In this document: positions 52,078 to 64,000 of the stretch, piece after piece
How the letters are laid out: each line of letters opens with the position of its first letter
Position numbering within the stretch: position 1 is the stretch's first letter
DNA from: Enoplolaimus lenunculus
Taxonomy: Eukaryota
Assembly (NCBI GenBank): GCA_030248215.1
Contig: JASANG010002067.1
Span: forward strand, 1-64,000
Direction: 5' to 3'
Length of the DNA: 64,000 bases
Notes under the pieces: model-generated
Told to the model about the DNA's origin: nothing
What the model saw: the letters and a program-made list of their open reading frames with translations, nothing else
Databases searched by the model: none
Position numbers and translations under genes: made by a program

Positions 52078-54354
52078 TTAATTTGTATTTGTAAATAAAT
52101 TGCGTAGTATTCATCCAGCAGATATCTTCCGCTGCATACAGTTTTTACAGATGCTGGTTTTGCGTTCATAACAGTTTGAATGCAATAAGGTTTTGTTAGC
52201 CACTGTAGGTTAAGGTTTATATAGATAATAAACTAAAAAGCTCAGCATACTCGTTTTAATTTATCTAAACGGCTAAACTAACCACACCAATAACTTTGGC
52301 AACTTAGCCCATGGTCGAGATGCGTATTCAAGCCAAAGCTTAGATGGAGCCTAGGGGGCCATTGTCAAAGTTATTTGTGTTTGAAGAACGCCATTAGCCT
52401 TAGTGGGTTCAAAATTTGCGTTAGGGAGGAGCCACGCTTCAATTTTGGGTCCATGTTAACTACATGGGTTTAGAAATTAAGCCTATGTCTAAGTCTAAAC
52501 CTAAGCCTATGCCTAAGCCTAAGCCTAAACGTAGATATAACCCTTCCAGACTGTAAGTCCGTTCATTTATCTGCCTCTCGATGGACAAATCCAATATCAT
52601 GAGCCGTATTACTGTGTTCTCAACATAAGGCAAGTCGAAATTTTTGACCTAAACTGGGGCTGACGAATCATCATTATTACCCGTTTTGCATCTTCCCTTA
52701 CATTATTATATGTACAGGCTCGCAGTAAGCTCGCTCAACCGTCTGGTGGGGCTAAACAATTTTAGGCGGGCATGCGGTTGAAATAGCAAGCTTACAAGCA
52801 TGTATAAAACTAATCTAGGGGTCTAAAAAGTTTTTACAGGTGTAGATATCATTCTTGCTTCCATCTGGCCATGAAACTCAATAATTGTCATAACGAAACC
52901 AAGCGAACTCAAGATTATGCATGATTCGGTGTCAGAGATAAATCCTCAACTGCCTTTCTATGTCTTAAATGAAATTGGTTCAAATGAATTGTGTACATTA
53001 ATTTTAGAACATTGAAACAAAATGGTACCAAGAAACCTTGGTTTAGCAAAAAAATGTGCTTTGAATAGTCAGCCTCAAAATGACATTCGATTTTGTTTTC
53101 CGGTTAACCATGCATTTTGAAAATGTCATACAATTTCACCTTGAAAAATTTTGGGTTCTTTTAAGTTAAAATATTTCCCCGGACGGCGTTTACTTTAAAT
53201 TTTTGTTGCAGAGGTTGTATCAGCTGTCTCGAATGATGTTAAATTTTCTCCGCTTGGACAATATTGAAGCTTGAAACAAAGCAGTTATTTAAACCATCGA
53301 AAAAATATATCAGACATACAAACAAATTTGTTAATGAAACGATCAGAAGATATCGTGCAAATCCCAAATCTGCCTGAATTTTCAATCTTAAACAGTTCAT
53401 TTTGGTAAAAACCTCCAGAGATCAATCAATATTTAGAAGCCAAAATTTGACTGGTTGAATTCTTCCGTTAATTGAACAGTGGGGTGATATGTATACACAT
53501 TTTCCGATCATATAAAGGCAATACTGGAGACATTCAAAAGATCATTGTATTTAATATACATCCACTAAACTCAGATGTAACGAAGATGATTGTACAGAGA
53601 AGCTGGTTTGCGCCCTTCAATTGACAATAAACATAGGACCATAATGAAAGTATCGTGGATAAGGCTGTTGTTTTTCGAACATTTAAGCATTTTGGATGCA
53701 AAAATATGATCAAAACTGTATGGTTTGAGGTTACATTTTTCATAGCCAGGTGCATTTAATCAAGGTTGGTTTTTGGCCCTAAGGTGTTTTTCAACAGGCA
53801 GAATTAAATATTTCGCTGTAAAGCTTACTAAATTTCTAGAGAATATAGTTTTTCGCGATTCACATCACATAAGATAATGCATCAGCACTTAGAAAGAAAA
53901 TGTCAATCGTGAAAATGTGCTAAAATGGCTATACTATTCACAATAGCGCACAACTATGACGCGTTAGATATAATTACATTATGCTTATAAGATGCTTGAA
54001 ACAAATTCAATCTATTGGTATAATAGCAACGGAAAAACTGGCGAGATAATGATTTTATTTGGCGTAGTAGACATTTACTCGGTGAGCCGGCTGAAATTTG
54101 GGCACCACTACAAAGCATCAGTATGAATACTTTTCAAGTATTTAACTCTTAAGTATCCGCTGCAGCTCCAACAATGTCGAAGGTTAAAAATATAATTAAC
54201 TTTCAAAATGGTCAAAGTACTGTGGGTCGTATTTATGGTATCCTTCTAAGCTTTCACTAAAATTCTGCTTATTATTTTTGGTTCTGGTTGAAGTCGCGGG
54301 TGCGGCGTCGCAACTGCTCTGGTTGTGGTGCACAACTGCCTCAATATTATCTGA

Positions 54355-54492
54355 ACAGGTGAAACTGATATTAACCAACGTACCTAAATTTTTATATTCC
54401 GATGTCGTATACTTTGTTTTACTACAGGTGAAACTGATATTAACCAACGTACCTAAATTTTTATATTCGGATGTCGTATACTTTGTTTTACT
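54355..54492. repeat. Near-perfect 69-bp tandem duplication
   Basis: ACAGGTGAAACTG...CTTTGTTTTACT at 54355-54423 and 54424-54492, one mismatch seen. Confidence 0.9.
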
Positions 54493-54921
54493 ATGTTCCA
54501 TCGGCGATACTTTACCACCAAGAAATTAAATTTTTTCGGTCGCGATCCACGCTCCCGAAAGCTTTCTATTTTTACGTTGAATTGACAAAAATGTTGTGCT
54601 TTGATTAGAATTTTTCAATTTTTTAATGATTATTGTCTGATCTGACGCATAAATTTCTTCAATGCCAGAGCAAGCTAGGGGGGCTCTAAAATGCTGGGTT
54701 GAGGACCCCTTGTGTATGTCAATATATTTTTCAAATTTTTTGTTTAAAATCTTGTTAGGGCAGGGGACCCTCTTTTAGCTGAGCACCCCCCAATGGGAAA
54801 GTGGGTAGTGGTTGCTCCGGCCCCGCATTTTTTAAAATATACTGATGAATATATATGTTCGTTTTACAAATTCATTAACCCGTTTCATTATTCACGGCAG
54901 TCCCCCTAAATAAGAAGTGTA

Positions 54922-55490
54922 CTGTAGTGACCAGCATAGCAGGGGGGTAATGAGAAAAGGGGCTCCATTTTGAGTCCGAATCAATACGAGCCCGTATCCC
55001 TAATATAAGAGTCCGCAAACAGGTAGTCCTTTACACCCTAATTACAGTCCATAAATGTTAATTATCTCTGATTGTAGTGCATAAATGAGTAATATATATG
55101 TTCGTTTTACAAATTCGTTATGCCGTTTCCTTATTCACGGCAGTCCTTCTAAATAACAAGTGCATAACACTTTAATTACAGTCCATAAATGTCGATTATC
55201 TCTAATTGTAGTGCATAAATGACTACAATAGCAAATGAAACTGAGTTCGAAACGTTAAAGCATGCTTAAGTTTTGAAAGTACATTCTTAAGTACATTAAC
55301 CTTGCATGATCGCTCAAGCTTTTGAGACAAGACAAATAAACGGTTATAATTTCACGGATAGTTGCAATACCTGATATATCAGTAACGATGGTCGGGTTAA
55401 AAATGAATAACAGTCTGTAACTGAAGAACAGGGGTACCCTATGAAGAGGCGAAATAAACATCAGGTTTCCTCTTATTCGGGTCACTACAG
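54922..55490. mobile_element. Second full-length copy of the TA-flanked MITE, with a rearranged interior
   Basis: TA|CTGTAGTGACC ... CCTCTTATTCGGGTCACTACAG|TA; colinear with 37914-38429. Confidence 0.82.
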
Positions 55491-56492
55491 TATTGCGTCG
55501 CATAAATTGCTGCGACATTTCTACCAGTTAGCGGAGTGGCGTAGTCCGAAAAAGCTGTCAAAATTGATAATTATGCACGATTGATACATAGCAATATTTA
55601 TTTATATTTGAACAAAAATACAATTTAAAATAATGCTTAGAATACTACCGGAAATTGAACATCGTACCGCATGCTGAGAGTCTACATATTGTAGGTGCCT
55701 GTGCCACTTCTAATCGTATTTCAAACTAAAAGCTAAAACACAAACTAAAACCAAACCCAAAACCACACTTTAAAAGAGTCCCTGGCTTCACCTGGTCTCT
55801 CTTAGAACTTAAGTTAGGCTAAGGCGTTGCATTAGAGCGCATATAGTGTAATATAGAGGTAATGGCGGCTCCGCCGCAATGTACAGTTTATCGAGGTCCT
55901 GCGTGGCCGTTAAATAATTTTGTATATTACATGTGGCTATATTTGTAGAAAACAGCATAGCTATGCTAGCTATTTCAGCATCCCAATATGAGTGTCTAAT
56001 TGTTGCTGTTGTTGCATTTTTGCTAGCTTAACGGATCCCAATTCTGGCCGTCAGTCAAACTATGCAAATCAGGTCGAGACGCCAAGCGGGGTAGCCAGGA
56101 ACAGATTCAGTGTCAGATCAATTCACCTTGCAAATGCGGTTTATGTTTTTACAGTTAATTTTACCTTGAAATTTACGGAGACGTTTGCGGAATTGTTGGT
56201 TGTTTTCGTTTAGTAAACGGAATAATGTGAGCTTTAAGATTGCCACGGGAAAGTCTGATGTAAAAGAAACAATGGCGTGCATTGGTTTGTTGATTGCTCA
56301 TAGCGCTAGACTGTTGTACAGTACCCGGTAAGTGGTGTTTTATGGAGTAACTGTGGAAATCTTTTGTATTCAGGAGAAAACTGGGGGAACGCAGTCTAGT
56401 AATTTTAACGGGATTAGTTTAGTATTCTGCGCAGGAATTGGTTATTCTAACTAGGACATTTAAGCGAAAAATTTTCAGTTTACTATCTATAA

Positions 56493-56754
56493 CCCCTTCT
56501 CACATTGAGTTGCCTGTATGCAATTCAGCGCAGTGTATATACGTTAAATAGTATATATCGCACGTGTTTAACAATTGCAACACGTATACATAGTACTAAA
56601 TCATTACAAGGCGTGAGAGCCCCCTCGGGCTCGAGGGTCAATCTCCTATTGCTGAGTGGTGATGGTATACGCCTCCCACTCCAGTCATTGGAGTTCGAAT
56701 CCTAGCATAATAGTAGGTCTCTGGAGAAATAGAAAATATTCATGTGAGAAAGGG
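56493..56754 (-). mobile_element. Same TTAA MITE, full-length inverted copy (~90% identical to 1891-2153 by eye)
   Basis: ATAA|CCCCTTCTCACAT ... ATGTGAGAAAGGG|TTAA; aligns end to end with the reverse complement of copy 1. Confidence 0.88.
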
Positions 56755-59700
56755 TTAATTTTGTTGTCGTAATTGTGCCATTATTAATTCTTGTGTATAT
56801 AGTATATTTGGTGTCGGGTGGGGCAATAAACAATTAGACGGCCGCCTCACTAATTTGGAGCGATAAGCGGAACATCGGGATAGAACTAAAACAAAGTTGT
56901 GATTTGGGGCGTTTGAAGCGAGCAAATCGTCAACTTCTCACAGATATATAGAGATTGTTATCCGGTAAAAATTCCAGAAATGGTTGATATATTAATTGAA
57001 ATATCAGGGTACATTTCCCGGTTCATGGAATTGAGGTCGATACACCCAATACACGCGAATGACTGTTCCGATTATCACTAAAAGTTTGCTTTTATCGGTT
57101 ATCGAACACTTAAATTAACTATGACAAATAGGTCCTAAGACAACACGTCATATGCACACACGAAGCTAATGACAGAAAATACCAATTCATTCAAAGGCTC
57201 CGAAACTCTGCTAGCGTGATCGTTTCGTTCAATTTAACCCTGTTGGCCAAAGAATCAAGCAATCGGCCGCATGATTTTGGGCTGTAAAAATGGAATTTTT
57301 ATGCATCACTAACTTTTCACATGAAAAATAAACATTGAAAACAAAAGTAGTATCGTGTTTCATTTCTAGTGTTGTACTCAGTGCCGGAGCAGGCAAGTGT
57401 GGGATCTCCCCCAAACTCCGGGGTGGGCCCCCAAACTCGCGAGAGAAGCGAAAGCCAGACTCATTTTAAAACTTAGGCAGGTTTTATTTCAACCGGTTAG
57501 GGTGGGGCCTCTTTAAGGGTGGGGGCCCCCAAATGGGAGTATGGCGGTGGCTGCTACGGCCCTGTCTGTACTCGTTGGTATAGTGAACACTGGAAACTAT
57601 AAATTTATCATAGTAACCAAATGGATTCACCTAAATGCGTCAATAAAGTATGGGTTTCAATATTGTTTTAATCTGGTTGAGTTTGGGAAAACTTAAAATA
57701 ACAGCCCGTAACCAAGCACGTAGCAATAGATGGCTTCAAATTTATGTGGTCTTGTGAATCAAAAGCGTTTAGATTTGTAAAATTGTTACATGCTAATTGG
57801 AAAAATTTAGTTCGTGAATTTTAGCTAAGTCTTGAACCTCTAGCTCCGCCGACAGCCAATAAACCATTTAGACAGGCTACAGAATTCAAAGAATTCTATG
57901 TTATGAAAAAGTTTTCTTGCCTTTTTAAATCTACTTAAATCCCCTAAGAATTCCTGGTCAAAGACCTGCGTTTTCCGTGGTATATAATTGTATAAAGATT
58001 TTGTTCATTAGGTATATACAGCGAAATATGACAATACTTTGTAGCTTTTGATAGGTAGACATTTGATTAACGAATAGCATAATTTTATGAACGATTCAAA
58101 TATCTGAAGTTTTCGCGATCGCATGCATGTAGCCGGCGGCATAATTTTTCGTGTTTGGTACATACATGATCTCAAAACTTTTTATTACGAGTTGTAACTT
58201 GGCTCATACTAGCAAAATAACCGAGGGAATGAGAAACAGTAGGGATGTTTAAGTTATATAATATAGATGTTTACATAATTTATTTGCGAAAAATATCATA
58301 GTTTTGGTGATGTTTTAAGTGATATTCCTCTCGGATAGGGGATCGATTCACGAATTGTGTTCAATTTTAATGTGCTTTGAATATCAAATTTTGGGGTTTT
58401 GAGTAGTGATTCAATATTTGTGAAATATTCTTATGCAACTTCCACAATGTCATGCGTACACCAGGTGACATTTGAGGGGATAATGTGTAGCACACTTTAA
58501 TTTATTTACTTGGCAAAGTTTGTGAGTCAATTTGGTTGTGAAATAAAATTTCATTGACTTCGGACAAAAAATTTTCACAGCAAATAAAGGTCACAAAATT
58601 CAATGACAAGTTAAAATAGAGATGACATGTTTCGCTAAATCTGACTGGTGGAAATCTTTGCCAACCATTCTATATATGGACCATTTTTCTAAAATATATA
58701 CAAAACAAAAGGCCGAAATTTTATAATATAGAATGCATTACCATTTATATTAACAATCCTGCTGAGTTTGTGACAAATTAATTGATTTTAACGTAGAAAT
58801 TTGCATAGAAGTATCCAAGGTTATTTTTGATGGGTTGTTAAGAATTGGTTTAGCTCGCTTATGACTCAAGGACGAAAACAGAAAACCAGTTATATTAAGC
58901 CTGTAGTCCTATTTGTTGAGCATCCGAGGTATTTGTTATATACTAACTTGTTTAATAGCTAAAATTAATAAATGCCAAATATAGTTGAACAAAGCATTTA
59001 CGTAGATAACCCTAATGAATTCCTTTGTACTTGCTAATGGAAGGTTAAGATGCTCAGAAACAGAAACAACTTATCTTGGTGCACGACATTTAGCATTTAA
59101 TAGCAGTTATAAGAATGTGTTAAGAGACCGTAAAAAATACGTGAACTGGTGAACAAAAATGTCTAAACTCCACTGGTTGCAAAATCAAAATAAAGCGCTA
59201 TACTTTGCCTAGCTATTTAACAGTTCTGGAGTGGCACGCCCTGTTTAACGGGTGGAACGACATAAATCTACTTAAGGAAAAGGATACTTTACATACTTTG
59301 TAAAAAACCATTGAAATTATCGTTAAGTCGGAAATATAAAAACTCAGAAATCAAAAAACGAAATACGCATCGAATGTTTTAAGCATATGATCAACGAAAA
59401 CCACAGTATTCGTTTCATAGAGAACAGTAACGGTCCGCTTCATCGAAGACGAGCTTGTATACAATGAAAAATTAGTAAAATCAATTGAAATACCAAATAA
59501 AACGTGGAAACTTTCATTTTGTTTCAAATATAAATTCTATATATAAAAATAAACACCATGTGAATGCTAACAAACCGACCCGATGTAGCTTGCATTCATT
59601 ACATTGCTTCAACCCACTTGAGAGTTCACAATCATCGATATCAGTATTAAATATTCAGTGCTCATTTCATATATCATATGAACACGATAGTGTTCATATA

Positions 59701-59975
59701 TATGATTCGCGCATCTCAAGCGCGTATTTTCAGTTTAGTTCGCATGTTGGTGCTCAAGTAATATCAGACCTGTATCGTTTAAATTTTGTACACTGGTATC
59801 CTGGTACGTAGGGAATATTTGTGCCAAAGGATTTCGCAAACCAGTGAGGTCTTCAATAGTTACGGTCAAAAAACTCCTTACAGAAAGTGCACGAAATTTT
59901 TCATTTTGGTTCAACACTTTTTACACGTTAGCTATGTAATTTTACGATTATAACTTTCACCACTTTATAGAGCTT

Positions 59976-62900
59976 ACGGTTGGTTTCACCACAACGGTTG
60001 GTTTCACCCCAACAGTCGGTTTCACCTCAACGGTTGGTTTCATCCCAACGGTTGGTTTCACCCCAACGGTTGGTTTTGCCCCAACGGTTGGTTTTGCCCC
60101 AACGGTTGGTTTTGCCCCAACGGTTGGTTTCACCCCAACGGTTGGTTTCACCCCAACAGTCGGTTCCACCCCAACGGTTGGTTTTACCCCAACGGTTGGT
60201 TTCACCCCAACAGTCGGTTCTACCCCAACGGTTGGTTTCACCCCAACGGTTGGTTATGCCCCAACGGTTGGTTTCACCCCAACGGTTGGTTTTGCCCCAA
60301 CGGTTGGTTTTGCCCCAAAGGTTGGTTTCACCCCAACGGTTGGTTTCACCCCAACAGTCGGTTCCACCCCAACGGTTGGTTTTACCCCAACGGTTGGTTT
60401 CACCCCAACAGTCGGTTCCACCCCAACGGTTGGTTTCACCCCAACGGTTGGTTTCACCCCAACGGTTGGTTTCACCCCAACGGTTGGTTTCACCCCAACA
60501 GTCGGTTTCACCCCAACGGTTGGTTTCACCCCAACGGTTGGTTTTGCCCCAACGGTTGGTTTTGCCCCAACGGTTGGTTTCACCCCAACGGTTGGTTTCA
60601 CCCCAACAGTCGGTTCCACCCCAACGGTTGGTTTTACCCCAACGGTTGGTTTTACCCCAACGGTTGGTTTCACCCCAACAGTCGGTTCCACTCCAACGGT
60701 TGGTTTCACCCCAACAGTCGGTTTCACCCCAACGGTTGGTTTCATCCCAACGGTTGGTTTCACCCCAACGGTTGGTTTTGCCCCAACGGTTGGTTTTGCC
60801 CCAACGGTTGGTTTCACCCCAACGGTTGGTTTCACCCCAACAGTCGGTTCCACCCCAACGGTTGGTTTTACCCCAACGGTTGGTTTCACCCCAACAGTCG
60901 GTTCCACCCCAACGGTTGGTTTCACCCCAACGGTTGGTTTCACCCCAACGGTTGGTTTCACCCCAACGGTTGGTTTTGCCCCAACGGTTGGTTTTGCCCC
61001 AACGGTTGGTTTCACCCCAACGGTTGGTTTCACCCCAACAGTCGGTTCCACCCCAACGGTTGGTTTCACCCCAACGGTTGGTTTCACCCCAACAGTTGGT
61101 TTCACCCCAACAGTCGGTTCCACTCCAACGGTTGGTTTCACCCCAACAGTCGGTTTCACCCCAACGGTTGGTTTCATCCCAACGGTTGGTTTCACCCCAA
61201 CGGTTGGTTTTGCCCCAACGGTTGGTTTTGCCCCAACGGTTGGTTTCACCCCAACGGTTGGTTTCACCCCAACAGTCGGTTCCACCCCAACGGTTGGTTT
61301 TACCCCAACGGTTGGTTTCACCCCAACAGTCGGTTCCACCCCAACGGTTGGTTTCACCCCAACGGTTGGTTTCACCCCAACGGTTGGTTTTGCCCCAACG
61401 GTTGGTTTCACCCCAACAGTCGGTTTCACCCCAACGGTTGGTTTCACCCCAACGGTTGGTTTCACCCCAACGGTTGGTTTCACCCCAACGGTTGGTTTCA
61501 CCCCAACAGTCGGTTCCACCCCAACGGTTGGTTTTACCCCAACGGTTGGTTTCACCCCAACAGTCGGTTCCACCCCAACGGTTGGTTTCACCCCAACGGT
61601 TGGTTTCACCCCAACGGTTGGTTTCACCCCAACGGTTGGTTTCACCCCAACAGTCGGTTTCACCCCAACGGTTGGTTTCACCCCAACGGTTGGTTTCACC
61701 CCAACGGTTGGTTTCACCCCAACGGTTGGTTTTGCCCCAACGGTTGGTTTTGCCCCAACGGTTGGTTTCACCCCAACGGTTGGTTTCACCCCAACAGTCG
61801 GTTCCACCCCAACGGTTGGTTTCACCCCAACGGTTGGTTTCACCCCAACAGTCGGTTCCACCCCAACGGTTGGTTTTACCCCAACGGTTGGTTTCACCCC
61901 AACAGTCGGTTCCACCCCAACGGTTGGTTTCACCCCAACGGTTGGTTTCACCCCAACGGTTGGTTTCACCCCAACGGTTGGTTTCACCCCAACAGTCGGT
62001 TTCACCCCAACGGTTGGTTTCACCCCAACGGTTGGTTTCACCCCAACGGTTGGTTTCACCCCAACGGTTGGTTTTGCCCCAACGGTTGGTTTTGCCCCAA
62101 CGGTTGGTTTCACCCCAACGGTTGGTTTCACCCCAACAGTCGGTTCCACCCCAACGGTTGGTTTTACCCCAACGGTTGGTTTTACCCCAACGGTTGGTTT
62201 CACCCCAACAGTCGGTTCCACCCCAACGGTTGGTTTCACCCCAACAGTCGGTTTCACCCCAACGGTTGGTTTCATCCCAACGGTTGGTTTCACCCCAACG
62301 GTTGGTTTTGCCCCAACGGTTGGTTTTGCCCCAACGGTTGGTTTCACCCCAACGGTTGGTTTCACCCCAACAGTCGGTTCCACCCCAACGGTTGGTTTTA
62401 CCCCAACGGTTGGTTTCACCCCAACAGTCGGTTCCACTCCAACGGTTGGTTTCACCCCAACAGTCGGTTTCACCCCAACGGTTGGTTTCATCCCAACGGT
62501 TGGTTTCACCCCAACGGTTGGTTTTGCCCCAACGGTTGGTTTTGCCCCAACGGTTGGTTTCACCCCAACGGTTGGTTTCACCCCAACGGTTGGTTTCACC
62601 CCAACGGTTGGTTTCACCCCAACGGTTGGTTTCACCCCAACGGTTGGTTTCACCCCAACGGTTGGTTTCACCCCAACAGTCGGTTCCACCCCAACGGTTG
62701 GTTTTACCCCAACGGTTGGTTTCACCCCAACAGTCGGTTCCACCCCAACGGTTGGTTTCACCCCAACGGTTGGTTTCACCCCAACGGTTGGTTTCACCCC
62801 AACGGTTGGTTTCACCCCAACAGTCGGTTTCACCCCAACGGTTGGTTTCACCCCAACGGTTGGTTTCACCCCAACGGTTGGTTTCACCCCAACGGTTGGT

Positions 62901-64000
62901 TTTGCCCCAACGGTTGGTTTTGCCCCAACGGTTGGTTTCACCCCAACGGTTGGTTTCACCCCAACAGTCGGTTCCACCCCAACGGTTGGTTTCACCCCAA
63001 CGGTTGGTTTCACCCCAACAGTCGGTTCCACCCCAACGGTTGGTTTTACCCCAACGGTTGGTTTCACCCCAACAGTCGGTTCCACCCCAACGGTTGGTTT
63101 CACCCCAACGGTTGGTTTCACCCCAACGGTTGGTTTCACCCCAACGGTTGGTTTCACCCCAACGGTCGGTTTCACCCCAACGGTTGGTTTCACCCCAACG
63201 GTTGGTTTCACCCCAACGGTTGGTTTCACCCCAACGGTTGGTTTTGCCCCAACGGTTGGTTTTGCCCCAACGGTTGGTTTCACCCCAACGGTTGGTTTCA
63301 CCCCAACAGTCGGTTCCACCCCAACGGTTGGTTTTACCCCAACGGTTGGTTTTACCCCAACGGTTGGTTTCACCCCAACAGTCGGTTCCACTCCAACGGT
63401 TGGTTTCACCCCAACAGTCGGTTTCACCCCAACGGTTGGTTTCATCCCAACGGTTGGTTTCACCCCAACGGTTGGTTTTGCCCCAACGGTTGGTTTTGCC
63501 CCAACGGTTGGTTTCACCCCAACGGTTGGTTTCACCCCAACAGTCGGTTCCACCCCAACGGTTGGTTTTACCCCAACGGTTGGTTTCACCCCAACAGTCG
63601 GTTCCACCCCAACGGTTGGTTTCACCCCAACAGTCGGTTTCACCCCAACGGTTGGTTTCACCCCAACGGTTGGTTTCACCCCAACGGTTGGTTTTGCCCC
63701 AACGGTTGGTTTTGCCCCAACGGTTGGTTTCACCCCAACGGTTGGTTTCACCCCAACAGTCGGTTCCACCCCAACGGTTGGTTTTACCCCAACGGTTGGT
63801 TTCACCCCAACAGTCGGTTCCACCCCAACGGTTGGTTTCACCCCAACGGTTGGTTTCACCCCAACGGTTGGTTTTGCCCCAACGGTTGGTTTCACCCCAA
63901 CGGTTGGTTTCACCCCAACGGTTGGTTTCACCCCAACGGTTGGTTTCACCCCAACGGTTGGTTTCACCCCAACGGTTGGTTTCACCCCAACAGTCGGTTC
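59976..64000. repeat. 18-bp tandem array (consensus GTTGGTTTCACCCCAACG), ~223 units, with a 1170-bp higher-order repeat; runs off the window; possibly a coding repeat exon
   Basis: Directly visible. Minus frame = (VKPTVG)n with one TAA at 60256-60254; plus frame = (VGFTPT)n with no stop seen; I saw no frameshifting indel. Confidence 0.97.

Noticed and set aside
52860..54660. Possible decayed transposase region
   Set aside because: No recognisable catalytic or zinc-finger motif in the frames I could read; needs BLASTX.
57645..57675. Plus-strand VWVSIL as a displaced DUF1295 exon 4 (inversion model)
   Set aside because: Poor acceptor and an in-frame TAA within 8 codons.
59957..64000. CRISPR-like array
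   Set aside because: Head-to-tail 18-bp units with no unique spacers, no cas genes, eukaryotic context.

Overview
AT-rich, repeat-dense eukaryotic (animal) genomic DNA with GT-AG spliced genes. Abundant degenerate TTAGGC/GCCTAA telomere-type hexamers suggest a nematode-like host (inference only). I could reconstruct by hand four minus-strand genes: the first three coding exons of a DUF1295/steroid-5-alpha-reductase-like membrane protein (3788->2721, later exons not found), a complete 4-exon fatty-acid-binding protein (9780->6392, 136 aa), a single-ORF 233-aa low-complexity protein with an MGNxC N-terminus (17560->16859), and a 5-exon class A GPCR (34845->31150, ~618 aa) with a very long third intracellular loop. 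The last ~4 kb (59976 to the window end) is an 18-bp tandem array with a 1170-bp higher-order repeat; it reads as a long open frame on both strands. The rest is a mosaic of non-autonomous DNA transposons (hAT-type with 8-bp TSDs, TA-flanked, GGG-ended, TTAA-flanked), tRNA-derived repeats and a telomere-repeat-bearing element family. The most unusual observation is a TTAA-flanked TIR element that carries a tRNA-like Pol III cassette and whose two best copies have an identical 25-bp TTAA-bounded spacer on opposite ends (circular permutation or an inversion scar). All coordinates were counted by eye; repeat boundaries without TIR/TSD support are approximate.
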